A stretch of 64,000 nucleotides of DNA from positions 7,433 through 71,432 of the forward strand of contig CAVRKQ010000008.1 in NCBI GenBank assembly GCA_963722105.1, given 5' to 3'. Under the pieces are notes generated by a model. The model worked only from the letters and a program-made list of their open reading frames with translations, ran no database searches and was not told the origin of the DNA. Source of the stretch: an uncultured Chloroflexia bacterium (lineage in GTDB: Bacteria; Chloroflexota; Limnocylindria; Limnocylindrales; CSP1-4). Numbering within the stretch: the stretch's first letter is position 1; the number at the start of each line of letters is the position of its first letter. The translations under genes were made by a program, and so were the position numbers. Shown one piece after another: positions 48,655 to 58,158 of this stretch.

Positions 48655-50167
48655 GTGCGCGGCATCCGCACGCGCCTCGCGCTCGCCCTCGTCGCCCTCG
48701 TTGCCGTGACCGTCACCGCGATCGGGCTGGGCACCTACGCGTTCGTTGACGCGCGCCTCCGTGACGGCCTCCTCGGCGACGCCACCCGCCAGGCCCAGTT
48801 CAACCTGTCCGTCCTGGTCCCCGAGCGGCTACCCACGGGCGTGACCCGCCAGACCTACGACGGGAGCGGCCTGGAGGCGGCCTTCCGGCTCCGCGGCGAC
48901 GTCGAGACCATCGTGGACTTCGGTGACGGCGGGGCGCCGGCCGTCTCTCGCTTCAACCTGAACGGTGAGCTGGATCGGTTCCCCCAGCAGGTCCGGCAGC
49001 TCGCGGACGCGGGGCGCCTCGGGTTCGCCTGGCACACCGTCGCCGGCGCGCCGTCCCTGGTCCTGGCGGGCCGCCCCGGCGACGGGCCCGCCTTCTACTT
49101 CATCTTCCCGGCGCGGACCGTCGAGGCGGCCCTCGACCAGCTCCGGCTCGGGCTGCTCGCGGCCGCCTTCGTTGCGATCGTGCTGGCCCTGGCGATGGCC
49201 GGCCTCATGGCCCGTGGGATCCTGCGGCCCGTCTCGTCGGGCTCGGCCGCGGCGGCCCGCATCGCCGCCGGTGACCTGTCGGCCCGGGTCGAGGCCGGCG
49301 GCGCCGACGAGTTCGCGAGAATTCGCGGCGGAGTTCAACCGGATGGCCGATTCGCTGGCCGAGACAGTCGGGCGCCTCGAGGCCTCGGAGCGCCGGAATC
49401 GCCAGTTCGTCGCCGACGTCTCGCACGAGCTGCGGACGCCGCTCACGGCCCTCGTCGGCGAGGCATCGATCATCGAGGCCGACCTCGACCGCCTCCAGCC
49501 CGACGCGCGCCGCGCCGCCCAGCTTCTCGTCGAGGACGTTCGCCGGCTCCGCCTCCTCGTCGAGGACCTGATGGAGATCTCGCGCTTCGACGCCCGTGCG
49601 GAGCAGGCGACGCTGGAGCCCGTCGACCTCGGCGCCGCGGTCCGATCAATCGTCCGGTCGCGCCTGCCATCCGCCGAGCTGGCGCTGCCCGAGCAGCCGG
49701 TGGTCGTCGAGGGCGACGTGCGGCGCCTTGATCGGATCGTCGGCAACCTTCTCGACAACGCCCGCCAGCACGCGCCGGGCTCGCCCGTCGAGGTCACCGT
49801 GGCGGCGGATGGCGCCAGCGGGACGGCCTCGGTCCGCATCGAGGACCGGGGCCCGGGCGTGGCTGCGGACGCCATCCCGCGACTCTTCGACCGCTTCTAC
49901 AAGGCCGATGCGTCCCGAGCCGCCGGCAGCTCAGGGCTGGGCCTGGCCATCGCCGCGGAGCACGCGGCGCTGCTCGGCGGCACGCTCACGGCGGCGAACC
50001 GCGACGGCGGCGGGCTCGTGGTGACGCTGCGGCTGGCCGTGACCCGTTCGTTACCGCCGGGCGATCCAGAGGACACGGCCGAGATCGAGCCTTTGGCCGC
50101 GATCGAAACAGGCCCGGCACGCGAGATCGGCCGGGCCCCCGATCCATCAGCGAGGCCCGAACGATGA
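48655..50167 (+). pseudogene. sensor histidine kinase (MtrB-like), one frame change as assembled
   Basis: It has two TM segments and a HAMP domain. The H-box is FVADVSHELRTPLT, the N-box NLLDNARQHAP and the G-boxes DRGPG and GLGLAI. ORFs 48655-49731 and 48965-50167 join near 49315-49325. Confidence 0.85.
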
Positions 50168-51156
50168 ACGCCCGACCCACAGCCCGAGCCCTTCCGCGAC
50201 TCCCGGCCCTGGCCGCACTGGCCATGGTCGCGCTCATCGCGGCGTGCGGCACCTCGACGGGGGACCTCGGGACCGTGGCGCCGCCACAGTCGACGAGCGA
50301 GCCATCAATCGCCTTCCCGAGCACCGAGCCCACGCCCGGCGGCTCGCCGCTCCCGTCGGACATCGTCGGTCCCAGCCCGAGCCCCGCGCCGGCCGAGACG
50401 CCCGTGCCGACGGCCGCCGGCAGCACGACGGTCCGGGCGTACTTCTTCCTCGGCAGCTTCGTCGACAACGCGGGTCTCGTCCCGGTGCTGCGCGAGGTCC
50501 CCAAGACGCAGGCCGTCGGTGCGGCCGCGATGCGCGCGCTGCTCGAGGGTCCGAACGACGCCGAGCTCGGCGCCCGGCCCGCCATGTACACCGTGGTCCC
50601 CGAGGGGACGCGCTTCCTCGGCCTGCGGATCGAGGATGGGATCGCGACGGTCAACCTCTCGCGCGAGTTCGAGCAGGGTGGCGGCTCGGCCTCCGTCCTG
50701 GGGCGTCTCGCCCAGGTCGTGTACACGCTGACCCAGTTCCCGACGGTCGAGGGCGTCAAGTTCGAGCTCGACGGGGAGCCGGTCACGGTCTTCAGCGGCG
50801 AGGGCGTCGTGCTCGATGACCCGGTCGACCGGGCCGACTACACAGACCAGCTTCCGGCGGTGTTCGTCGATCGACCGGCGTGGGGTGGCGTGCTCGCCAA
50901 CCCGGCCCGGATCATCGGCCTCGCCAACGTCTTCGAGGCCACGTTCCAGCTCCGGCTGCTCGACGGCGACGGGCGCTCCCTCGCCGATGGCATCGTCAAC
51001 GCGACATGCGGGACGGGCTGCTGGGGAACGTTCGATGAGACGATCGCGTACAACGTCCCGCGCGCCGGCTGGGGCACGCTCCAGGTCTACGTCCTGTCGG
51101 CGAAGGACGGCTCCGTCGAGAATCTCACCGAGTACCCGGTCTGGCTCACGCCCTAG
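50164..51156 (+). CDS. lipoprotein with GerMN-like and Gmad2-like domains (occupies the LpqB position)
   Basis: It has the lipobox LIAACG. VRAYFF..LVPVLREVP...AAMRALLEGP..TVNLSREF resembles a GerMN domain. The C-terminal FEATFQLRLLDGDG..CGTGCWGTFDETI resembles a Gmad2 domain. The ATG overlaps the kinase stop (ATGA). Confidence 0.6.
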   Translation: MNARPTARALPRLPALAALAMVALIAACGTSTGDLGTVAPPQSTSEPSIAFPSTEPTPGGSPLPSDIVGPSPSPAPAETPVPTAAGSTTVRAYFFLGSFVDNAGLVPVLREVPKTQAVGAAAMRALLEGPNDAELGARPAMYTVVPEGTRFLGLRIEDGIATVNLSREFEQGGGSASVLGRLAQVVYTLTQFPTVEGVKFELDGEPVTVFSGEGVVLDDPVDRADYTDQLPAVFVDRPAWGGVLANPARIIGLANVFEATFQLRLLDGDGRSLADGIVNATCGTGCWGTFDETIAYNVPRAGWGTLQVYVLSAKDGSVENLTEYPVWLTP

Positions 51157-51177
51157 CGGATGGGGCGCCAGCCCGCG

Positions 51178-51375
51178 TTACATCGATGGGACGTAGTGGG
51201 GATCGAGGTAGCGGGCGGGGTCGTCGCTGAACTCGAGCAGGCAGCCCTTGCCGCAGAAGACGTAGGCGCGGCCCTCGTGGTCAATGGACAGCCCCTTGGC
51301 CCGCGCCGCATCGGGATCGACCTTCATCCCGCAGACAGGGTCTTCGTTCGTGTCGATGGTTCGAATCTCGGTCAT
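51178..51375 (-). CDS. YHS-domain (TRASH-like metal-binding) protein
   Basis: DPVCGMKVDP..YVFCGKGCLLEF is typical of the YHS domain. The protein is 65 aa. Confidence 0.75.
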   Translation of the reverse strand: MTEIRTIDTNEDPVCGMKVDPDAARAKGLSIDHEGRAYVFCGKGCLLEFSDDPARYLDPHYVPSM

Positions 51376-51476
51376 GCGCGAATCGTGCCCCGATTCTCAG
51401 CAACCTGTCAGGCGCGGGCCGGAGTGTTCGGGATGACGAACCACCGGGCGACGGTGGGCCACCAGCGGAGAGACCC

Positions 51477-52382
51477 ATGAACGACCAGCTTCCACCGCAT
51501 CCGGAGGCACCGGCCACGGAGGTCGTGACCCCCGGACCCGTGACCGGCGCCCCGAGCGGCGCGCATCTCGGCGATGCTCCCGGCGCGGCCTTGGCGAGCC
51601 CCTACCCGATGGCGGCGCAGGCCCGGTGGGCCCGGATCGGCCTCCTGGGCATTGCCGTCGCGGCGCTCATCGCCGTCGCCGCGCTCGCGTTCGGCTCGAC
51701 GACCACCCCGGCGGGGACCCTCGCGGCCGGCTCGAACGGCTCGACCTCCGCGAACGACACCACCGATCTTCGCGGCGGCCCCGGCTTCCGCGGTGGCCCG
51801 GGTGGTCCGGGCTTCGGCGGCATCAGCATCACGGCCATCTCGGACTCGAGCATCTCGCTCGCCACCGAGGACGGCTGGACCCGGACCATCACCGTCGATG
51901 ACGGCACGAGGTACACGAAGGCCGGCGAGGACATCACGCTCGGCGACCTGGCAGTCGGCGACACGATCGGCTTCCGGCAGACGCTCGAGGACGACGGCGC
52001 CTGGACCATCGACGCGATCGCGGTGATCCTGCCGCACGTCGGTGGCGAGGTGACGGCGGTCGATGGCTCGACGGTCACCGTGGATCAGCGCGACGGCACG
52101 TCAGCGACGGTCAACATCGGCGGCGACGCCAACATCGTCGTCAACGGCGACGCGGCGGAGCTGGCCGACATCGAGGTCGGGATGGTCCTCGTGGCCGAGG
52201 GCACCGAGAACAGTGATGGCTCCATCGACGCAACGCGCGTCAAGGCTGGCGACGCCGGCCTCCGGGGTCCGGATGGCTTCGGTGGCCGCGGCTTCCACGG
52301 TCCGGGCTTCGGTCCGGGCTTCGGTGGCGGCGAGAAGCCCGACGCCACGACAGCACCCGAGGCGACCGGCAGCGCCACGTAA
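51477..52382 (+). CDS. membrane-anchored protein with two DUF5666-like beta domains flanked by Gly-rich segments
   Basis: It has a TM segment IGLLGIAVAALIAVAALAF. The internal repeat pairs ITAISDSSISLATEDGWTRTITVDDGTRYTK with VTAVDGSTVTVDQRDGTSATVNIGGDANIVV. The Gly-rich tracts are GGPGFRGGPGGPGFGG and GFGGRGFHGPGFGPGFGGG. Confidence 0.55.
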   Translation: MNDQLPPHPEAPATEVVTPGPVTGAPSGAHLGDAPGAALASPYPMAAQARWARIGLLGIAVAALIAVAALAFGSTTTPAGTLAAGSNGSTSANDTTDLRGGPGFRGGPGGPGFGGISITAISDSSISLATEDGWTRTITVDDGTRYTKAGEDITLGDLAVGDTIGFRQTLEDDGAWTIDAIAVILPHVGGEVTAVDGSTVTVDQRDGTSATVNIGGDANIVVNGDAAELADIEVGMVLVAEGTENSDGSIDATRVKAGDAGLRGPDGFGGRGFHGPGFGPGFGGGEKPDATTAPEATGSAT

Positions 52383-52438
52383 CCCAGTCAGCAATCGGCC
52401 CGACCCGGATCCTCCTCCACGGGTCGGGCGACATGGAA

Positions 52439-52476
52439 CAGCCGAGCGGATGGCCCGCTCGGCTGTTTCGATTTCC
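52439..52476 (+). terminator. intrinsic terminator
   Basis: An 11-bp stem CAGCCGAGCGG/CCGCTCGGCTG encloses a 5-nt loop and is followed by TTTCGATTTCC. A second GC hairpin lies at 52398-52429. Confidence 0.6.
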
Positions 52477-52508
52477 GGAGGGGGTCCCGCGCGTGGCGCG
52501 GCACCTGG

Positions 52509-53483
52509 CTACTTGATGGCGATCGGGTCGCTCGCGAGCGTCTTCTCGTCCCCGGTCACGTAGCGGACCTCGTAGGGTCCCGACGCATCCGGCGCGGTGA
52601 GGGTGCAGGTCGGGCCCACGTACGTGTAGCAGTACGAGAGGTACGTGCCCTCGGGTGAGCCCACCGGCGCGATGGTGATGTAGTCGCCCGGCCCGTCCGG
52701 ACCGGTCCACGCGGCGTCGAATGTCGAGCTGGGAGCCGCCTCGACGGGCGCCTCGACCGTGGCGGTGAACGGCGTGACCACGATCGGGATCCGGGCCTCG
52801 ACCGTCTCGGCCGCGCCAAGGACGTACCAGACCTCGTACGCGCCATCCTCGATGGGCGCCTGAAGCGTGCCGGGGTTGCCGCCGGAGGCGGTGTAGAAGT
52901 AGGGCTCGTCGGTCCACTTCGTGGCGCCGGCCTTCACGATCGTCACGTAGTCGCCGGGCCCGTCGGGGCCGTTCCAGGTCACCTCGAACTCGGTCCCCGC
53001 GACGACCGACTCGGGCGCGAGGAGGTCGCCCTGGAATGGCGTGACCATGATCGTCGTGCGGAACAGGACCTGGTCGTCGGCGCCCTGGACATACCAGAGC
53101 TCGTACGGGCCGGCCGCGGCGGCGGCGGTCATCTGGCCGGGGTTCCCATCGACCGTGTAGAAGTACGGCTCGTTCGTCCACTCGGTGGTTCCCGGCGCCA
53201 CCATCGTCACGTAGTCGCGGTCGCCGTTCGGGCCGGTCCAGGTGACGTCGAACTCCGTGCCGGCCTCGACCGACTCCGGCGCCTCGATGTTCGCCGGTCC
53301 GGTGGCCGGGTTCGTCGGCGCGACGCTCGCCGGGGCTGCAGTTGCCGGGGGCACCGTGGCCGGAGCCACCGTTGCCGCCGCTGGCGTGGGTGTCGCTGCG
53401 GTACCGCCGCCGCCACAGGCGGCGACCAGGGCGGCCGCGACGAACGTCGCCGCGATCGCGAGTGTGGGTCGTGAGCGTTGCAT
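52509..53483 (-). CDS. lipoprotein built from three tandem ~90-aa repeats
   Basis: It has the lipobox LVAACG and a Pro/Ala/Thr linker. The three repeats share AGTEF(D/E)VTW.GP.G.(G/R)DY(V/I)T(I/M)... (E)PYFYT ...G.YE(L/V)(W/R)YV. The ATG at 53483 is preceded by GGAGGA. Confidence 0.7.
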   Translation of the reverse strand: MQRSRPTLAIAATFVAAALVAACGGGGTAATPTPAAATVAPATVPPATAAPASVAPTNPATGPANIEAPESVEAGTEFDVTWTGPNGDRDYVTMVAPGTTEWTNEPYFYTVDGNPGQMTAAAAAGPYELWYVQGADDQVLFRTTIMVTPFQGDLLAPESVVAGTEFEVTWNGPDGPGDYVTIVKAGATKWTDEPYFYTASGGNPGTLQAPIEDGAYEVWYVLGAAETVEARIPIVVTPFTATVEAPVEAAPSSTFDAAWTGPDGPGDYITIAPVGSPEGTYLSYCYTYVGPTCTLTAPDASGPYEVRYVTGDEKTLASDPIAIK

Positions 53484-53599
53484 CGGTTCCTCCCCGGGCT
53501 CGACCGCCTCTGCACGGCCTGCCATGCCGCGATGGTACGCAGCGACGTTGTCCGCGACAGCCGGCAAGTTGCGCCAACTTTGGCGACGCGGAGGGGTGT

Positions 53600-53676
53600 T
53601 GGGGTGGCCTACGGGGGTCGAACCCGTAACCTTCGGATCCACAATCCGATGCTCTGCCGGTTGAGCTAAGGCCACC
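53600..53676 (-). tRNA. tRNA-His (anticodon GTG)
   Basis: The minus-strand sequence is GGTGGCCTTAGCTCAACCGGCAGAGCATCGGATTGTGGATCCGAAGGTTACGGGTTCGACCCCCGTAGGCCACCCCA. It folds as a cloverleaf with the extra G(-1) and anticodon loop TTGTGGA. The T-loop is TTCGACC and the CCA end is encoded. Confidence 0.95.
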
Positions 53677-53821
53677 GCGAATGCGCGCTCAGACCGGTCG
53701 AAGCCTCGTCCGGGAGCCCGCGGCCACGGGAGTGTATCCGGGAACACGTCCGCTCGATCCGGGCGACGTCGCGCCGGCGTACCCGGTTGTAGGCTGGCCG
53801 TCCGATCACGAGGTGCAATCC

Positions 53822-54658
53822 ATGCTCGTGCAACCCCGCATCGACCGACGAACCTTCCTCGCCGACCTGGGTCGCGGCGCGTTCGCGATCGCGATCGTCG
53901 GCATCGCCGGTTGCAGCCCATCGACGCTTGCGACCTTCTCGCCCGGCCCCGGTGGCGCGACTCCCGGCGCCACCCCCGGCTCGACACCCGGCGGCCCCGC
54001 GCCGGGCGGCTCGGCCGCACCGACCAGCGGCGCCGGCGCCTCGAGCCCGCCCGGGTCCGCGCCGGGCGGAGGCACCGCCTGGACCCGGGTCAACCTCGGG
54101 TTCGTGTCGGCCTACCTGCTCGTGCGGGGTGGAGAGGCCGCGCTGGTCGACACCGGCGTCTTCGACAGCTCGGACGAGATCGAGGCGGCGCTGACGGACA
54201 TCGGCCTGGGTTGGCCGAGCGTCGGCCACGTCGTGCTGACCCACCGACACAACGATCACGCCGGGTCAGATCGCCGTGATCAAGCAGAAGGCCCCCGCTG
54301 CGACGGCGTACGCCGGCAGCGAGGACATCCCGTGGGCTCGGCGGCGTCGACCTGACCGCCGTCGGCGACGGCGACCAGGTGTTCGGGCTGCAGATCGTGA
54401 CCACGCCGGGGCACACGGCCGGCAGCATCTCCGTGCTCGACCCGGTCGCCGGCGTGCTCGTCGCCGGCGACGCCCTCGGCACAAACGGCGGTCTGCCCAG
54501 CCTCACCGGGCTCCCAGTTCACCGACGACATGGACGAGGCAAAGCGCTCGATCGTCAAGCTCGGGACGTTGTCGTTCGAAACGCTCCTCGTCGGCCACGG
54601 CGACCCGATCGAGTCGGGGGCCTCGGCGCTCGTGGCGGAGCTCGGCGCCGCGGGCTGA
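53822..54658 (+). pseudogene. Tat-signal MBL-fold metallo-hydrolase, at least 3 frame changes
   Basis: The Tat-like start IDRRTFLADLGRGAF is followed by LTHRHNDHAG (HxHxDH), VIKQKAPAATAYAGSEDIP and QIVTTPGHTAGSISVL. It ends ETLLVGHGDPIESGASALVAELGAAG. These pieces occupy successive different frames. Confidence 0.65.
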
Positions 54659-54708
54659 TCCGAGGCTGCGTCAGGCCTCGGGGCCGCGCCGGCCTCCGGG
54701 GGGCTGCC

Positions 54709-55914
54709 TCAGGCCTCGACGATGCTCGCGGGCTTGCGGCCGCTCGTCCGGAAGCTCGGGCGCGGGTCGCGGGAGCGGATCGCGAACCGATCGTCCGGCG
54801 GTGCGAGCTCGGCTCGCGGCGGTTGCGTCCCCGGTGACGAGCGCCGCGAGGTACTCGCCGATCACCGGGCCGTGCTTGAAGGCATGGCCGGTGCCGCCGC
54901 CGGCGATCCAGACGTCGCCGAGGCCGGGGTGCCGGTCGATCACGAAATGGGCGTCCGGCGTGACCTCGTAGAAGCAGGTCCACGTGCGCACGACCGGCTG
55001 CTCGGCGATGGCCGGGAAGCGGCGTCGAAGGACGGCCCGTGACGCCTCGATCGTCTCGTCGGCGCACTCGCGAGCGGAGTCGTCGCAGCGCTCGACCGGC
55101 CCGAGCCAGTCCGGGCAGGCCTTGATCGAAAGGCCGTCGAACGACGGGAAGCCGTAGAACGAGCCCTCGAAGTCGATCCAGACCGGCATCGTGCCGGCGT
55201 CGTAGCGCGGTCGCCGGCTGGGACCTGGAAGTGCATGACGTCCTGGCGGTGGGGCTCGATCAGGCCGCCGATCGCGGCCGGGAAGAGGTCCGGGCAGCCA
55301 CGGGCCGCAGGCGAAGACGAAGGCGTCGGCCTCGATCGAGGGGCCGTCCTCGAGCTCGATGCGCCCGAGCTGGCCGCCCGGCCTGGCGCCTCCGGGCCCT
55401 CGGGCGGGCGAACCCGACCGGTGACGACCGCGCCGCCCTCGCGATTCGAATTGCTCGATGGTGGCGCCGCACGCCCTTCCGCGCCAACAGGGCTCCGGCC
55501 TCCGGCTCGAACAGGGCCCAGGGCACGCCGGAGGCGTCGAGGACCGGGAAGCGCACGGCGAGGTCGTCGCGCGACCAGCGCTCCGCCGGGATGCCGAGCG
55601 CCTTGAGCGTCGCAAGCGACTCGCCCTCGAACGTCTGGGCCTCGTTGGCGAGCCACACGACGCCGGCTTCGACGAACAGCTGCTGCTCGGCACTCGCGCT
55701 CCAGCTCCCGCCAATGCCCGAGGGCCCGACGCTGCCAGACCGGGTAGTGCCGGTCGGCGCGTGGCTGCTGCGCGTGATTCGCGATCGTCGCCGGATGACC
55801 CAAGCTGGTTCCCGGCCCGTGCCGGTCGATGAGGGTGACCTCGTGGCCGCCGCGCCGCAGCCAAAGCGCCGTCCAAGCCCCCATCACGCCGGCCCCAACG
55901 ACGACCACTCGCAT
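54709..55914 (-). pseudogene. FAD-dependent oxidoreductase (DAO / sarcosine-oxidase-like), at least 4 frame changes
   Basis: The start MRVVVVGAGVMGAWTALWLRRGGHEVTLIDR is a GxGxxG motif. Further pieces are ANEAQTFEGESLATLKALGIPAERW, IEADAFVFACGPWLP and VTPDAHFVIDRHPGLGDVWIAGGGTGHAFKHGPVIGEYLA. They are scattered over three minus frames. The 3' end is uncertain (54671 or 54709). Confidence 0.65.
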
Positions 55915-56175
55915 GCGCCGATCGTACCCACACCAGGAAGCGAGCGGGAGTGGCGGACGGGGCCCGCAGGTGATCGGCGCCGCCATTCGTAACCCGGACC
56001 CGTGGTGGGGTCTGGTGCGGTTACGAGCGGCACGTGGTACCGCTGGGCAGAGCGGTCGGGACCATGGGGTGGCGTCCGGTGCGCGCGCGAGGCCCGAGTC
56101 CGGAGCAGCCAGATGCAGGCGGTGCCCGGATGTGCCCCCGAGGCGCGTCGTGCCTGCCGGAACAAGCAGGAGAAC

Positions 56176-57274
56176 ATGGTCGCCCCGAGCCCGAACCTCA
56201 CCTCGCCACCAACCCAGCCGCCGCCGAGCAGGCCGCCCGGTCGCCCTCGCCCTCGGCCTCGCCTCGATCCTGCTCGCGATGGTCTCGCCGGCCGTCGTCC
56301 TACGGCTGGGACGACTACTCCTTCTCGTCGGCCAACGAGGACAAGCTCGTGACGCTGATCAACCAGGCGCGCGCCTCGGCGGGACTCCCCGCGCTCTCCG
56401 ACAACAACGCCCTGCCTGGCGTCGCGCGCTGGCGGTCGAAGGACATGTGGGACCGGAACTACTTCAGCCACAGCATCCCGAACCCGCCCGGCGGCGACGT
56501 CTTCGACGAGCTCCGGGACCGCGACATCTGCTACACGGTCGCCGGCGAGAACATCGGCGTGAACAACTACCCCGACGACCAGACCGCCCAGGACGCCTTC
56601 AACGGCTGGATGAACTCCTCCGGCCACCGGGCGCTCATCCTCGGCTCCGGCTTCAACCGCGTCGGCATCGGCGCGTTCAAGGGCGACGGCTCCGAGTACC
56701 CGAAGAAGTACTGCACGGGCGTCTTCTCCCACGGCTGCGGCAGCAGCGCGACGCCGACCCCGCACCCGACCCCCACGCCCAAGCCCGACGCCGAAGCCCA
56801 CGCCCAAGCCCACGAAGACCCCCGGCCAACGCCGACGGCCGACGCCGCCAACACCCCGCAGCCGACCGCCACGCCGCATGCGACGCCGAAGCCGACGCCC
56901 AGGCCGACGCCACGCGACACGGACGAGCCGGACGACACGCCCGAGCCGACGCCGAGAGACGTCGGGCCGACCCCGAGACCCACGCCTGAAGCCACGCCCG
57001 AGATCACCGCCGAGCCAATCGACCCGACGGCAGACAGCAACCGGGTCTCGCTCGATGTCATCGACGACGGCTGGGGAATTGGCGCCGGCGGTCCGGTCGA
57101 CGTCCCGACGCCCGACCCGGTCCAGGAGACCGTGCCGCCGTCCACCGAAGCGCCGTCCTCCGCCGACCCGCCGGGCGGTGATGGCGACACCCTCCAGGTG
57201 ATCGAGCCGCCGACCTCCAGGGCCTCCTCGACACCATCGTCGGCGACGTCGTCGCCTCGTTCCTGGGGAAGTGA
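56176..57274 (+). pseudogene. secreted CAP/SCP (YkwD-like) domain protein with Pro/Thr-rich linker, at least 2-3 frame changes
   Basis: The CAP core runs LVTLINQARASAGLPAL...WRSKDMWDRNYFSHS..GENIG...[17 protein letters not shown]. The hydrophobic VALALGLASILLAMVSPAV lies in another frame, and the C-terminus [17 protein letters not shown] in a third. Confidence 0.6.
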
Positions 57275-57409
57275 TGGCCAGCATTCTCGACGGCGCGCAG
57301 CGCCAATGCCCTTCACCGCCACGCTCGAGCGTGAGCACGATGACCACCGCGCCAGCCGAGTGGGAGGCGCTCCGATCGGAGGCGCCCGCAGCCGACCAGT
57401 GGCGTCGCC

Positions 57410-58154
57410 GTGCAGCCGATCCTCGAGGCCCGCGACGTCACCAAGGTCTACGCCCTGGGCAAGACCACGGTCGAGGCGCTCAAGGGCGTCACGATGTCCG
57501 TCGCTCCCGGCGAGTTCGTCGCCCTCATGGGCCCGTCGGGATCCGGCAAGAGCACGCTCCTCCAGCTCCTCGGCGGCCTCGACCGGCCGACGACCGGCTC
57601 GATCGTGTTCGAGGGCCGGGACATCAGCCACCTGTCCGACGGCCAGGCCACGAAGCTGCGCCGGGAACGGACGGGCTACATCTTCCAGGCCTTCAACCTG
57701 ATCCCGCTCCTGAACGTCAGCGAGAACATCGCCCTGCCGTTCACGATCGCGGGCGGCCCGAAGCGACCAGAAGGAGCGCGTCCGCCAGGTCATCGACCTC
57801 GTGGAGCTCACCGGCAAGGAGCGCCACCGCCCGGACCAGCTCTCCGCCGGCGAGCAGCAGCGCGTCGCCGTGGCGCGCGCCCTCGTCACCCGGCCCTCGG
57901 TCCTCCTCGCCGACGAGCCGACCGGCAACCTCGACTACACCAACTCCGGCGAGCTCCTCGACGCGCTGTGGCGCTCCTGCGAGCACGGTGGCCAGACGAT
58001 CGTCCTCGTCACCCATGACGCCCGCGCCGCGGCCTACGCGGATCGGGTCCTCGTCATCGGGGACGGGCACATCCAGGAGGAGATCACACTCGGGCGGCGC
58101 GCCGACCACTCGGCCGCGCAGCTGATCGCCCGGCTGGCCCAGGTCGGCTTGTAG
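57410..58154 (+). pseudogene. MacB/LolD-type ABC transporter ATP-binding protein, one frame change as assembled
   Basis: It carries Walker [10 protein letters not shown], the Q-loop, the signature LSAGEQQRV and Walker [12 protein letters not shown]. ORFs 57410-58018 and 57801-58154 join near 57751-57765. Confidence 0.85.
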
Positions 58155-58158
58155 CCCC

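Noticed and set aside
49310-49335. The histidine-kinase frameshift coincides with TTCGCG-AGAA-TTCGCG, which includes a GAATTC (EcoRI) site. A cloning scar or small duplication was considered.
   Set aside because: The 6-bp repeat corresponds to the natural EF(A) ... (E)FAAEF peptide context. A single small indel explains the shift, and there is no other sign of engineering.
57274-57409. A small ORF between the CAP-protein gene and the ABC ATPase ([16 protein letters not shown]...)
   Set aside because: There is no RBS and no protein-like composition. The frame overlaps the well-supported GTG start of the ATPase at 57410, so it is more likely untranslated spacer.
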